A stretch of 64,000 nt of DNA from a virus (IMGVR_UViG_3300049926_000042:23316-87315), one strand, 5' to 3'. Positions 1 through 8,777 are shown, numbered from the stretch's first letter. Notes: generated from the sequence alone by a model not told the origin. Translations and numbers: made by a program.

Positions 1-2
1 AG

Positions 3-197
3 CCACCGGCAGACGCCAAGCGAATAGCGTCGAACGCACTCTTGCAGCGATCCGGACTGTGGACACTGCCGAGTGAGATAGGAAGGAAGGACGCCAACGA
101 CGTCAACGACGCCATGAGACATGCCGTCCTGGCCATGTCCCGCTATCACGCGAGCCAGTTCGATTCGCTGCTCGCGTACGCGGCGAGCAGGTACTAG
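3..197 (+). CDS. C-terminal fragment of a probable RuvC-like Holliday junction resolvase (5' end outside window)
   Basis: Frame 3 is open from the window edge to TAG at 195-197 and reads PPADAKRIASNALLQRSGLW...DANDVNDAMRHAVLAM, resembling the phage RuvC C-terminal D-A-x-R-H-A region. Confidence 0.45.
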   Translation, partial: PPADAKRIASNALLQRSGLWTLPSEIGRKDANDVNDAMRHAVLAMSRYHASQFDSLLAYAASRY

Positions 198-298
198 ATC
201 TTCGGATCGATGGTAAGATAGAGACCCGCGCGGGGCTGACCACGGAAAGTGCGATACCCAGCCCGACCTCGTCGGTCCCGCGCCTATTCGAGGAGGAC

Positions 299-574
299 AT
301 GATGGGCCCGAACTTCCGCAAGTCGACCTATTCGGACGCGAACGGCACATGCCTCGAAACCGCGTTCAAGAAGTCCTCGTACTCCAACACCAGCGGCACC
401 TGCCTGGAGGCTGCCTACAAGGCGTCCAGCTACTCGACCGGCGCGAACAACTGCCTCGAAGCAGCACTTCCGGCCGGGACCGTCCTGGTCCGCGACAGCA
501 AGGACATCACCATCCCAGGACTGGCGTTCACTCCGGACGCCTGGGTGACGTTCCTCGCGACGATCAAGGTCTGA
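299..574 (+). CDS. DUF397 family protein with three tandem KSSYS-x3/4-CLE(T/A)A repeats
   Basis: Repeats FRKSTYSDANGTCLETA, FKKSSYSNTSGTCLEAA and YKASSYSTGANNCLEAA are followed by the VLVRDSKD...LAFTPDAWVTFL DUF397 core; GAGGAGG RBS upstream. Confidence 0.8.
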   Translation: MMGPNFRKSTYSDANGTCLETAFKKSSYSNTSGTCLEAAYKASSYSTGANNCLEAALPAGTVLVRDSKDITIPGLAFTPDAWVTFLATIKV

Positions 575-612
575 CCCAACCCACTTCGGAAGATCGAACG
601 AGGATCGAAACC

Positions 613-3600
613 ATGGCATACGCAGACGTCGAGGCCGGGCAGATCAAGATCACAGCATCATGGAACGAGAAGCCGATCATGGAGCCGTTGCCCGGTTCCG
701 GGTTCCGTCGTGGGTCATGGTGGATGCCTCTGTCCTGGGGATCTTGCCAGGTGCTGCGGGGAGCGTTCGGCAAGTCCCTGGGGATCAGTCCGGAACTACT
801 TGCATGGTCCAAGCAAGAGCATTCCGAGCGAATTGCTCCGGCCATTGCTTTGCGCGAGCAAATAGAACCAGTGGAAATTCATCCGGCCCTGAATTCCGAT
901 CTCAGGCCTTATCAGGCCTCCGGAGTGGCGTGGATGCTGGCCTCCAGCTCCGGTCTGCTGGGCGACGAGATGGGCGTCGGCAAGACTGTCCAGGCGTTGC
1001 AGTTCATCGAGGTGATGGACAAGAAGTCGACGCTCCCGGCCCTGGTGATCGTTCCCAACTCGACCAAATATCACTGGGAGAGGCTTGCCCGCCGGTGGGC
1101 TCCGAGCGCGACGACGTACGTCGTCGCCGGGACGGCCGGTCAGCGCAGGAAGCTACTCGACATCGCGGCGGCAGACCCCACCGCTCTGGTGATCGTCTCG
1201 CTGGAGACGACCCGCTCGATGTCCCGGCTGGCCCCGTACGGGTCCGTCAAGCTGAAGAGATGCCGGGAGTGTGACCCCAAGCGCGGTGACGAGATCAAGC
1301 CCGCGCAGTGCCAGGTCCACCCCAAGGAACTCAACGCGATCAGGTTCGCCACGGTCGTACTCGACGAGGCGCACCGGATCAAGGACCCTTCGAGTCAGCA
1401 GACTCGCGCCGTCTGGTACCTGATGCACTCCGAAGGCGTCTGCTTCCGGTGGGCGCTGACCGGCACGATGATTTCGAAGAGCCCTGGGGATCTCTGGCCG
1501 ATCATGCACTCTGTGGCCCCCGAGGAATGGCCGGTCAGAACGAAGTTCGTCGATCGCTACTGCCTGATGGACTGGAACCCCTTCGGTGGGATGGACATCG
1601 TCGGGCTGAGGCCTGACACCAAAGAGGAGTTCTTCCGGATCTTCGATCCGAGATTCCGCCGGATGCTGAAGTCAGTCGTCCTCCCCCAGCTCCCGGAGAT
1701 CGTGCGGGAGATCAGGACGTGTGACCTGACGCCCGCCATGCGACGGGTGTACGACGAGATCTACACGGGACTGGCCAGCAAACTCCCTGACGGCACACTG
1801 ATGGTCGCCTGGAACGACATGGTCAAGCAGGGCAGACTGCAACAGCTCGCGTCGTCGGCCATCGAGATCGAGAAGCCCGACGAGGACGACATCCTGACGT
1901 GGAAGATCACCATGAAGGATCCGTCGACCAAGCTCGACGTCATGGAAGAGACCCTGAAGGATCTCGGGTACGACGGGGGCATGGGACCGGCCGTAGTGAT
2001 CGCGGCGGAGTCCAAGCAGCTGATCGGTATGGCGGCCGCCAGGCTGACCAAGCGCGGCATCCCGTACGCACTGATCACCGGCGACGTCGAGCCCTACGAG
2101 CGCGAGAACGCCCTCGACGCTCTGCGGCAGGGTGACATCAGGATCTTGCTATTCACGATCAAGGCCGGTGGCGTCGGCCTCGACATGAGCGCCGCCGACA
2201 CCCTGATCTTCCTTCAGCAGCCGTGGAGCATGATCGAGCGTCTCCAGACCGAGGGTCGAGTGCACCGCATCGGCTCCGAGATCCACGACAGTGTCAAGAT
2301 CATCGACATCGTGACCCGCGACACCATGGAGGAGGAGCAGATCGAGCGCGTCCACGACAAGCTCCGCCGACTGGAGGAGATCACCCGGGACGGAGACGCC
2401 CGCGAGCGTGCGGCGATCGAGAGCAGCAACGTGCTCGACCCCATGTGGCCGGGCGACGACGGCGACGATGCTCCGCCGGTCGTGGTAGCCGGATACCTCG
2501 AAGATCTCAAGCGTGAGAGGCATCTGTTCGACGATCAGCACGGTGGCGTATGGGAACACGAGGGTCATCCGGATGCCTGCGATGCACCTGAATGCAATAC
2601 CCCGCCGATCGGCGCAGTTTCAGTGATCGACTCGGCCGGTCAAGATCAAACTGTTGATCTGCCCTACCCGATCAGCGCGTCCAAGATGAAGGACTTCGAT
2701 CGATGCCGCCGCAAGTGGTGGCTTACCTGGTACCTGAATCTTCAACTCGACGAGGACCAGATGGGCGTGAGAGCCACCGGCACACGAGTGCACAAGGCAC
2801 TGGCCGGTTGGTACGTGCCGGAAGCAGACGGCCCCATAGACCCTCGCGATGGCATCGAGACCGCCATCACCGAGGACTGGAAGCTCATGCTCGACCGGCT
2901 CAAGATCGACGAAGAGCACCCGCAGTTCGAGGAGATCCACGCCAAGTGGATGAGCAGCAATGTTCTCGAACGAGCAATGGTCGAGGGCTACATGGAATGG
3001 CTGGAGGAGACCGGTGAGGACGCCGGGCTGACCTTCGTTGCCTCCGAGACCGAGCTTCACGCCGACATCGAGACCTACGATCATCACGGCAGGCTGCTGA
3101 TCGTGAGAGCCATGGGGAAGCTGGACGCCCGCGCGATCCGAGACGTCGATGGTGCCAGGCTGTTCGTCGACCACAAGACCGTGGGTGACTTCACCCGTCC
3201 CATGAAGATGATCCAGATGGATCCACAGATGCTCATGTATCACCTGCTGGAGTTTCTGAACACCGAGGAGGGCGAGGCTCGTTGCGACGGAGCCCTCTAC
3301 AACATGATCCGTCGTGTAAAGCGGACGGCAGCAGCCAAGCCCCCGTTCTTCGCCCGTGAGCCTGTGCGGATGAACCCGATTCAGATCGAGAGCTTCAAAC
3401 GCAACATGCTGGGAGCAGCCCGCGACATGGTCGCCGTCGAGGAAGCTCTGGAGTCCGGGGCGGATCCGATGGACGTGGTCCGGCCGACCAGGGACGATGA
3501 CTGTTCGTGGAAGTGCGATTTCTACCCGGTCTGTCCGCTGTTCAACGACGGCAGTCGTGCCGAGGACATGATCTCGGCTCTCTACCACCAGGGTGATCCC

Positions 3601-3663
3601 TGGGGAAGGTACGACCACATGAAGGATGAGAAGGGAGGCCAGGATGCGGACGGAACCCGTTGA
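613..3663 (+). CDS. SNF2-family helicase fused to a C-terminal Cas4/AddB-like PD-(D/E)XK nuclease
   Basis: Helicase motifs LGDEMGVGKT, VLDEAH, ALTGT and TIKAGGVGLDM...QTEGRVHRIG; nuclease part ISASKMKDFDRCRRKW, GKLDAR, VDHKT, QMLMY and DCSWKCDFYPVC. Start moved from 349 to ATG 613 because the upstream part overlaps the DUF397 gene. Confidence 0.85.
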   Translation: MAYADVEAGQIKITASWNEKPIMEPLPGSGFRRGSWWMPLSWGSCQVLRGAFGKSLGISPELLAWSKQEHSERIAPAIALREQIEPVEIHPALNSDLRPYQASGVAWMLASSSGLLGDEMGVGKTVQALQFIEVMDKKSTLPALVIVPNSTKYHWERLARRWAPSATTYVVAGTAGQRRKLLDIAAADPTALVIVSLETTRSMSRLAPYGSVKLKRCRECDPKRGDEIKPAQCQVHPKELNAIRFATVVLDEAHRIKDPSSQQTRAVWYLMHSEGVCFRWALTGTMISKSPGDLWPIMHSVAPEEWPVRTKFVDRYCLMDWNPFGGMDIVGLRPDTKEEFFRIFDPRFRRMLKSVVLPQLPEIVREIRTCDLTPAMRRVYDEIYTGLASKLPDGTLMVAWNDMVKQGRLQQLASSAIEIEKPDEDDILTWKITMKDPSTKLDVMEETLKDLGYDGGMGPAVVIAAESKQLIGMAAARLTKRGIPYALITGDVEPYERENALDALRQGDIRILLFTIKAGGVGLDMSAADTLIFLQQPWSMIERLQTEGRVHRIGSEIHDSVKIIDIVTRDTMEEEQIERVHDKLRRLEEITRDGDARERAAIESSNVLDPMWPGDDGDDAPPVVVAGYLEDLKRERHLFDDQHGGVWEHEGHPDACDAPECNTPPIGAVSVIDSAGQDQTVDLPYPISASKMKDFDRCRRKWWLTWYLNLQLDEDQMGVRATGTRVHKALAGWYVPEADGPIDPRDGIETAITEDWKLMLDRLKIDEEHPQFEEIHAKWMSSNVLERAMVEGYMEWLEETGEDAGLTFVASETELHADIETYDHHGRLLIVRAMGKLDARAIRDVDGARLFVDHKTVGDFTRPMKMIQMDPQMLMYHLLEFLNTEEGEARCDGALYNMIRRVKRTAAAKPPFFAREPVRMNPIQIESFKRNMLGAARDMVAVEEALESGADPMDVVRPTRDDDCSWKCDFYPVCPLFNDGSRAEDMISALYHQGDPWGRYDHMKDEKGGQDADGTR

Positions 3664-4426
3664 GTTCGGTACTCACGAGCGACTGTCAGTGCTGATCCAC
3701 GGTGACACCAAGCTCGGCAAGTCGACGCTCTCGGGAACGGTGCCCACGCCGGTCATCGTGCTCGACGCGGAGGGTTCCTGGAGGTTCACCTCCGGCCGAA
3801 AAATTTATTGGGATCCCAACGAGGAGGAGCTGCCGGTCAACGACGGCACCTGGGACATCTGCATCGTCCACGTCAGGGACTGGAACACAGTCAAGATCGT
3901 GTTCGACTACATCACCACCGGCCAGACCGAGTTCGTCTCGGTCGTCCTCGACTCGATCACCGAACTTCAGCGGAGGCTGAAGCGAAGCATGAAACCGAAC
4001 CTCGACCCGTTCAAGATCCAGGACTGGGGGGAACTGCTGGCCAAGATGGATGGCGCGATCCGAGACTTCCGCGACCTGGCCATGATCGCCGACATCACCG
4101 TCCGGTGCGTCGTCTTCATCGCGGAGACCACCGAGAAGGGCGGGAAGTGGAGGCCTCATATGCAGGGTCAGATCGCCAACTCACTGCCGTATGCCGTCGA
4201 TCTGTGCGGCTACATGTACCGGTATGAGGAGCTGGACGACGAGGGAGCTGTCTCGCGGGACACCCGGCAACTGTGGATCGCCCCTCACAACGACTTCATC
4301 GCCGGATCGAGGGTCCAGGAAATCCTGGGCGACGCGATGGAGATCCCCGCACCCAAGCCCGGCAACCCGGGCACGGTCATCCAGGACTGGATGATCAAGA
4401 TCTTCAAAGACCCCAAGGGAGAATGA
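3644..4426 (+). CDS. AAA_24 / Sak4-like phage recombination ATPase
   Basis: Walker A IHGDTKLGKST, VVLDSITELQ and DWGELL; AAGGGAGG RBS before ATG 3644; lies between a nuclease and an SSB. Confidence 0.75.
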   Translation: MRTEPVEFGTHERLSVLIHGDTKLGKSTLSGTVPTPVIVLDAEGSWRFTSGRKIYWDPNEEELPVNDGTWDICIVHVRDWNTVKIVFDYITTGQTEFVSVVLDSITELQRRLKRSMKPNLDPFKIQDWGELLAKMDGAIRDFRDLAMIADITVRCVVFIAETTEKGGKWRPHMQGQIANSLPYAVDLCGYMYRYEELDDEGAVSRDTRQLWIAPHNDFIAGSRVQEILGDAMEIPAPKPGNPGTVIQDWMIKIFKDPKGE

Positions 4427-4428
4427 TC

Positions 4429-4968
4429 ATGGGAAGCATCGACTGGAAGGCCGCAAGGCAGGACGCGAAGGCGGTCAGCGCCCTCATCCCGGACGGCGAC
4501 TACCCGTTCGAGTGCATCAAGGCGGAGGCACGTCTGTCCAACGGCGGGAGCCCGCAGGTGGTCGCTGACTTCCTGTGCCTGAACGACCGCTACAGCAAGC
4601 GGACCGTGCGGAACTGGTTCACCGTCTCGATCGACTCGCCGATCGCCCTCGACATCCTGTTCCGGCACCTGAAGGTGTTCGGGATGGACGAGGCATACTT
4701 CGCCAAGGGCGACGGCCCGGAGATGGAGGACATCGCCGACCGGCTGCTCGGCCAGAAGGTGAACTGCGTCGTTCGTACCTCCCCGTACAACGGCGAGGAC
4801 CGGAATAAGATCGTCGCCTTCAAAAAGTTCTCGGGCATCGCGGCCGGGAGCAAGAGTCCGGCCGGAACAGCGTCCAAGAAGGCAGCACCGGCCCCTGCGC
4901 CGCGTCCGGCCGCGAAGCGTGCAGCTCCCACCGTCGCCCCCGAGGGAGACGACGAGCCGCCGTTCTGA
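4429..4968 (+). CDS. DUF669-type single-stranded DNA-binding protein
   Basis: LIPDGDYPF...V..DF...YNGEDRNKIVAF core, Ala/Pro/Lys linker and acidic DDEPPF C-terminal tail. Confidence 0.7.
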   Translation: MGSIDWKAARQDAKAVSALIPDGDYPFECIKAEARLSNGGSPQVVADFLCLNDRYSKRTVRNWFTVSIDSPIALDILFRHLKVFGMDEAYFAKGDGPEMEDIADRLLGQKVNCVVRTSPYNGEDRNKIVAFKKFSGIAAGSKSPAGTASKKAAPAPAPRPAAKRAAPTVAPEGDDEPPF

Positions 4969-4981
4969 CGGCTCCTGAACC

Positions 4982-5019
4982 GAGGCCCCTGCCGACCGCC
5001 ATCCGGCAGGGGCCTCTTC
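4982..5019 (+). terminator. Intrinsic terminator-like hairpin after the recombination module
   Basis: 13-bp inverted repeat GAGGCCCCTGCCG / CGGCAGGGGCCTC followed by TTC. Confidence 0.6.
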
Positions 5020-5039
5020 ATGATCTCGATCTTTATGAT

Positions 5040-5069
5040 TTGGCACTTCCGCCCATCATCGGGTATGCT
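5040..5069 (+). promoter_or_regulatory. Possible sigma70-type promoter for a leaderless transcript
   Basis: TTGGCA-18 bp-TATGCT; ATG at 5076 follows 6 nt after the -10 box and has no RBS. Confidence 0.4.
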
Positions 5070-5075
5070 TACATC

Positions 5076-5252
5076 ATGCCGAACCAAGGAAAGAACAACC
5101 CGGAAGAGGAGCGCCTGTCCGAGCTGGTGAACTTCGTGGTCACACCGACCATGCTGGCCAGGATGAAGCTCGCTGCGAAGAAGGCCGGGGTGCCCCGGTC
5201 ATACATCATCCGCTGGGGGCTCGATCTGATCCTGAAGGAGTATGAGGTCTGA
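5076..5252 (+). CDS. Small ribbon-helix-helix (CopG-like) DNA-binding protein
   Basis: VNFVVTPTMLARMKLAAKKAGVPRSYIIRWGLDLIL fits a strand-helix-helix pattern; TGATG coupling to the next gene. Confidence 0.55.
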   Translation: MPNQGKNNPEEERLSELVNFVVTPTMLARMKLAAKKAGVPRSYIIRWGLDLILKEYEV

Positions 5253-6127
5253 TGCCGAAGTTCCACGCACTGGCCGACGCCTTTCCGCTGATCGAGGGAT
5301 CCGATTTCGATGAGCTGGTCAAGGACATCGAGGCCAACGGCCTGCTCCAGCCGATCATCATGTTCGAGGGCCAGATCCTCGACGGACGTAACCGGTGGCT
5401 GGCCTGCCAGAAGCTTGGCATCCCCCACACCGAGATCAAGTTCAGGGGCGACGACCCGGTCTCCTTCGTGTGGTCGACCAACGCCGTCCGCCGTCAGCTC
5501 ACCGCGAGCCAGAAGTCTGTCGCCGCCGCCAAGTTGGCCACCGCGTCCAGCGGACGGCCCCAGAGAACCGGACCGGGCGGACCGATTTTCGGAGACGAGT
5601 TGACCAACACAGAGGTCGCCAAGAAGACAGGGGTGAGCGAGTCATCCATCAAGAGGGCGAAGCGTGTGCTGGCCCTCGGGCTGCCGTCCGTCGTGACCGC
5701 AGTCGAGGACGGCAAGCTCGCCGTCACCGCAGCCGAACGACTGGCACAGAAGCCGCAGGCCGAACAGGCTCACATCATGGCGACCGTCCCGGTCGCCGAC
5801 ATCCCGAGTGTCGTCCCCGACCCCCGCTGGGATCACAACCTGCGGAGCCCCGACGATGAGCCCAAGGCACCGGCCAAGACGATCAAGCCCAAGGGCGTCG
5901 GCCGGGGACATGTCGCCCCGAAGTTCCAGATGACCGAGCAGCTGAAGCGATCTTCGGCGGCCGGGGAGAAGAGCCGGGTCAAGTTCTGGACCGAGCACAA
6001 GGACCAGATCAAGGATCTCGACCCTGAACTACTGGTCACCTTCGTCGCCGACATGGAAGCGAACCGACGCTACATCAGCCAACTCCTCAACCTGATCAAG
6101 AACGAAACGGAGAACAACGGATCATGA
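5252..6127 (+). CDS. ParB/Srx N-terminal domain protein with central HTH
   Basis: FDELVKDIEANGLLQPIIMFEGQILDGRNRWLAC (ParB box II); NAVRRQLT; HTH-like TNTEVAKKTGVSESSIKRAKR. Confidence 0.75.
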   Translation: MPKFHALADAFPLIEGSDFDELVKDIEANGLLQPIIMFEGQILDGRNRWLACQKLGIPHTEIKFRGDDPVSFVWSTNAVRRQLTASQKSVAAAKLATASSGRPQRTGPGGPIFGDELTNTEVAKKTGVSESSIKRAKRVLALGLPSVVTAVEDGKLAVTAAERLAQKPQAEQAHIMATVPVADIPSVVPDPRWDHNLRSPDDEPKAPAKTIKPKGVGRGHVAPKFQMTEQLKRSSAAGEKSRVKFWTEHKDQIKDLDPELLVTFVADMEANRRYISQLLNLIKNETENNGS

Positions 6128-6912
6128 ACTCTTCCGCAGTCCGGGAAATCCCGGCCAACGAGCTGTCGATTGACCTCCGGGTCCAGCGGGAACTCGACTA
6201 CCGCAGGGTCTCCAAGGTGGCCGCCAACTGGAATGATCTGATGGTCGGAGTTCTCACCGTCAGCGAGCGCGCCGACGGCACGAAGGTCGTGCTCGACGGA
6301 CAGACCCGCCTGATGGCCCTTCGTCTGGTGTGCGGAGACCCGGAGACCAACTCCCCCGTGCTGGTCCAGGTCCACACCGGCCTCACTCTCCAGGAAGAGG
6401 CCGCGATCTTCCTGGAGCACAACGACCGCAAGTCGGTCACTCCGCTCGACCGGTTCCGGATCGCGCTGGTGGCGCAGGAGCAGTGGGCTCTCGACATCGC
6501 CGACATCGCCGCCGTCCACGGCTGGTACGTCCAGGGGGCCCCGGTGCCCGAGGAAGTGTTCGGCAAGGCACGGAGGTTCAGCGCCATCACGGCCGCCGAA
6601 AAGATCTACAAGCTGGACGAGGGAGAGTCCCTCAACCGGGTGTTCGACACGATCGTCAATGCCTGGCCGAAGGAGAGCGGTACCGTCGGCACCGAGACCC
6701 TGAACGGCTTCGGCCTGATGTACTTTCGGCACCCCACTCTCGACCACTACGGGCTGACCCAGAAGCTCGGCAAGCTGGGGTTCAACCGGTTCGTCTCCGG
6801 GGTCCACGATCACCGCCGGGGCAACGTCGGTACGTCGATCGCGCAGGCCGCGTACACCCACACGCTCGACATCTACAACCTCGGCCGCCGGACCCGGCGG
6901 ATCGACTCCTGA
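6124..6912 (+). CDS. Second ParB-like protein (DUF6551-like)
   Basis: LSIDLRVQRELD...VGVLTVSER...VLDGQTRLMAL...LTLQEEAAIF. Confidence 0.7.
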   Translation: MNSSAVREIPANELSIDLRVQRELDYRRVSKVAANWNDLMVGVLTVSERADGTKVVLDGQTRLMALRLVCGDPETNSPVLVQVHTGLTLQEEAAIFLEHNDRKSVTPLDRFRIALVAQEQWALDIADIAAVHGWYVQGAPVPEEVFGKARRFSAITAAEKIYKLDEGESLNRVFDTIVNAWPKESGTVGTETLNGFGLMYFRHPTLDHYGLTQKLGKLGFNRFVSGVHDHRRGNVGTSIAQAAYTHTLDIYNLGRRTRRIDS

Positions 6913-7112
6913 TGGCCGGTCAGCACGCAGGGAAGGGCTCCCGTAAAACGGAGCCCTTCCCGGGCTGGGTGGCACCGGTCGACATCCCATCCCCGCCAGT
7001 CCGCCGACGACGTCGGGCGATGTCCACCGGTAGATTCATCGTCGCCTGGATAGGCTCGATCATCCTGGCAATGTTCTTCATGGCGACCATCCTCGCTCTC
7101 GCAGGGAAGTGA
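6912..7112 (+). CDS. Small membrane protein
   Basis: ATG overlaps the previous stop; basic patch followed by one hydrophobic helix. Confidence 0.45.
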   Translation: MAGQHAGKGSRKTEPFPGWVAPVDIPSPPVRRRRRAMSTGRFIVAWIGSIILAMFFMATILALAGK

Positions 7113-7867
7113 CCCCCGTGGCCCAAGCCGTGGCTCAGTACCGCCGGTCAGGACTCGCCCGAAGGACAACCGTGCTCGCGCTCGGTGCCTTCGCGGCGGC
7201 CCCGCTGGCGGCCATGACTCCCGAGATCGTGACCGGGAACTTCGAGGCTCTCAACATCTCGAACGCCGATGTCTTGGGCAGCGGGACCTTCCTGATCTTT
7301 CTCTCGATGCTGGCGGTCACCCCGTTGATCACGATCACCGGGGCCCGCTGGTTCGCGCCGCTGCGGTGGTGGTTCGGGATCATGTTCTTCGCCACCGCCG
7401 TCATCGATCTGATCATTGCCTCAATCGTGACCGGCGACGACTTCAAAGGTGGCTTCCTCGGCCGGATCGCCGGTCACATTTTCCTGCTGATCGGCACGAC
7501 CACCGTCCTGTTGTCGATCGTGCTGGTGATCACCGCGAGCCATCGGGCCCAGAAGAGACTCGGGAAATACTGGAAGCCAATCCAGAAGATCACCTACGTG
7601 GTCTGGGCTTTGATCTTGATTCATCTCCTGTTGCTCTTCGGCATCGGAGAAGATCGGTTCCAGCAGGCGGTCGCGGCCAGCTATCCGTTGTTCGTTCTCC
7701 GGCTGCCGTCGATCAAGAACTGGGTGATCGCCTACCGACGATCATGGATCGTCTGGGTGCTCTTGATCCCTTTGCTCTCGGTCTTCGTCTTCGGCTACGG
7801 CAACTTGATCAATGAGTTCGTCGACAAGGGAGTCCAGGCGGCGAGTCTCAACCCAGTGGACGACTGA
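7109..7867 (+). CDS. Ferric-reductase-like transmembrane protein (MsrQ/YedZ-like)
   Basis: About six TM helices; LAVTPL, LRWWFGI and AQKRLGKYWKPIQKITYVVWALILIHLL match MsrQ-type segments. Confidence 0.65.
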   Translation: MTPVAQAVAQYRRSGLARRTTVLALGAFAAAPLAAMTPEIVTGNFEALNISNADVLGSGTFLIFLSMLAVTPLITITGARWFAPLRWWFGIMFFATAVIDLIIASIVTGDDFKGGFLGRIAGHIFLLIGTTTVLLSIVLVITASHRAQKRLGKYWKPIQKITYVVWALILIHLLLLFGIGEDRFQQAVAASYPLFVLRLPSIKNWVIAYRRSWIVWVLLIPLLSVFVFGYGNLINEFVDKGVQAASLNPVDD

Positions 7868-7869
7868 TC

Positions 7870-8061
7870 ATGACCGGCCGACACCGCAGGGCGATCCGAC
7901 GTCAGAAGATCGCTAAGAAAAGAGCGATCACGCTGGTGACGATCATGGTGATGATCGCTCTTTCGGCCGGTGGCTTCGAGCTTGCTGATCATGGATGGTC
8001 GTTTTTCGTAGATCGTCCACCGGGTGTCGGTGCCACTGTCGACGTCCAGACCGGTGACTGA
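7870..8061 (+). CDS. Small membrane protein
   Basis: TGATCATG stop-start coupling; basic N-terminus plus a hydrophobic helix. Confidence 0.4.
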   Translation: MTGRHRRAIRRQKIAKKRAITLVTIMVMIALSAGGFELADHGWSFFVDRPPGVGATVDVQTGD

Positions 8062-8115
8062 CTATGCGGCCAGTCCGAGAACTATGCAGTCACTCTAAGA
8101 CATAATAACAGAATC

Positions 8116-8230
8116 TACTGATGCGTAGGGTAGCAAAAGCCACCAGCGCTCGCCTAATGAGATCGTTTAGGTGTCCGTGTATGGTTGCATCACCTCTGGC
8201 TGCGGGGAGTTTTCGCAGCTCAGAGCATGT
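8116..8230 (+). repeat. Copy 1 of a 115-bp dispersed intergenic repeat
   Basis: Ungapped match to 46146-46260 (88/115 identical by hand count) with an identical 18-bp core CGCCTAATGAGATCGTTT. Confidence 0.9.
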
Positions 8231-8275
8231 ATCAGCATATGAGACCGATCTTGGACAACGAGGAGATGTATAAAA

Positions 8276-8494
8276 ATGGCGACCATGAAGGCGATCTTTC
8301 TCTGGTGCGATGGCTGCGGAGATCAGTTTTCGACTGCCACCATCCCGCCGTACATGACTGTGGCCGACGCAAGGACCGCCGCGCACCGGAGGGGCTGGCG
8401 ACACGACAAGATCAATCGCGACTGGTGCCCGAGTTGCTACCGGCGGCCGACGACTCCCCCCGCCTTGCCGCACCCGAGGAATGGTCATGCTTGA
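8276..8494 (+). CDS. Small zinc-finger protein
   Basis: CDGC and CPSC pairs; GAGGAG RBS. Confidence 0.6.
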   Translation: MATMKAIFLWCDGCGDQFSTATIPPYMTVADARTAAHRRGWRHDKINRDWCPSCYRRPTTPPALPHPRNGHA

Positions 8495-8777
8495 CAGCCG
8501 ATACGCAGAGCACAAGCCCGGCACGAAGCCGATCGTCATGGACCCCTGTGACTGCAAAGAGTGTGTCTTCGGCTCCGGCATCAACTTCGATCTCAAGCAC
8601 CGACGATCAAGGGCACTGTCCGAGATCTTCAGCGCGGCCGGGATCGAGGACAAGCAAAGAAGGTTCTGCCACAAGTGCCTGACCGTGGTGTGGGTGATCA
8701 GCATCGACGCCGGGGATCACTGGGCACATACCTGCGTCCCGAAGGGTCACGTGTGGTCGAGCGCGGGTAAGTTCTGA
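8487..8777 (+). CDS. Cys-rich hypothetical protein
   Basis: CDCKEC, CHKC and HTC motifs; overlaps the previous stop. Confidence 0.5.
   Translation: MLDSRYAEHKPGTKPIVMDPCDCKECVFGSGINFDLKHRRSRALSEIFSAAGIEDKQRRFCHKCLTVVWVISIDAGDHWAHTCVPKGHVWSSAGKF

Noticed and set aside
349-612. N-terminal extension of the helicase ORF given in the ORF track
   Set aside because: It overlaps the well-supported DUF397 gene in another frame and has no helicase similarity; ATG 613 is preferred.
613-3663. CRISPR-Cas system suggested by the Cas4-like domain
   Set aside because: No repeat-spacer array or other cas genes are present; Cas4-like nucleases are routine phage recombination proteins.
8151-8168. CTAATGAG in the dispersed repeat as a hammerhead ribozyme core
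   Set aside because: It deviates from CUGANGA at a critical position, and no GAAA strand or three-stem junction could be built.
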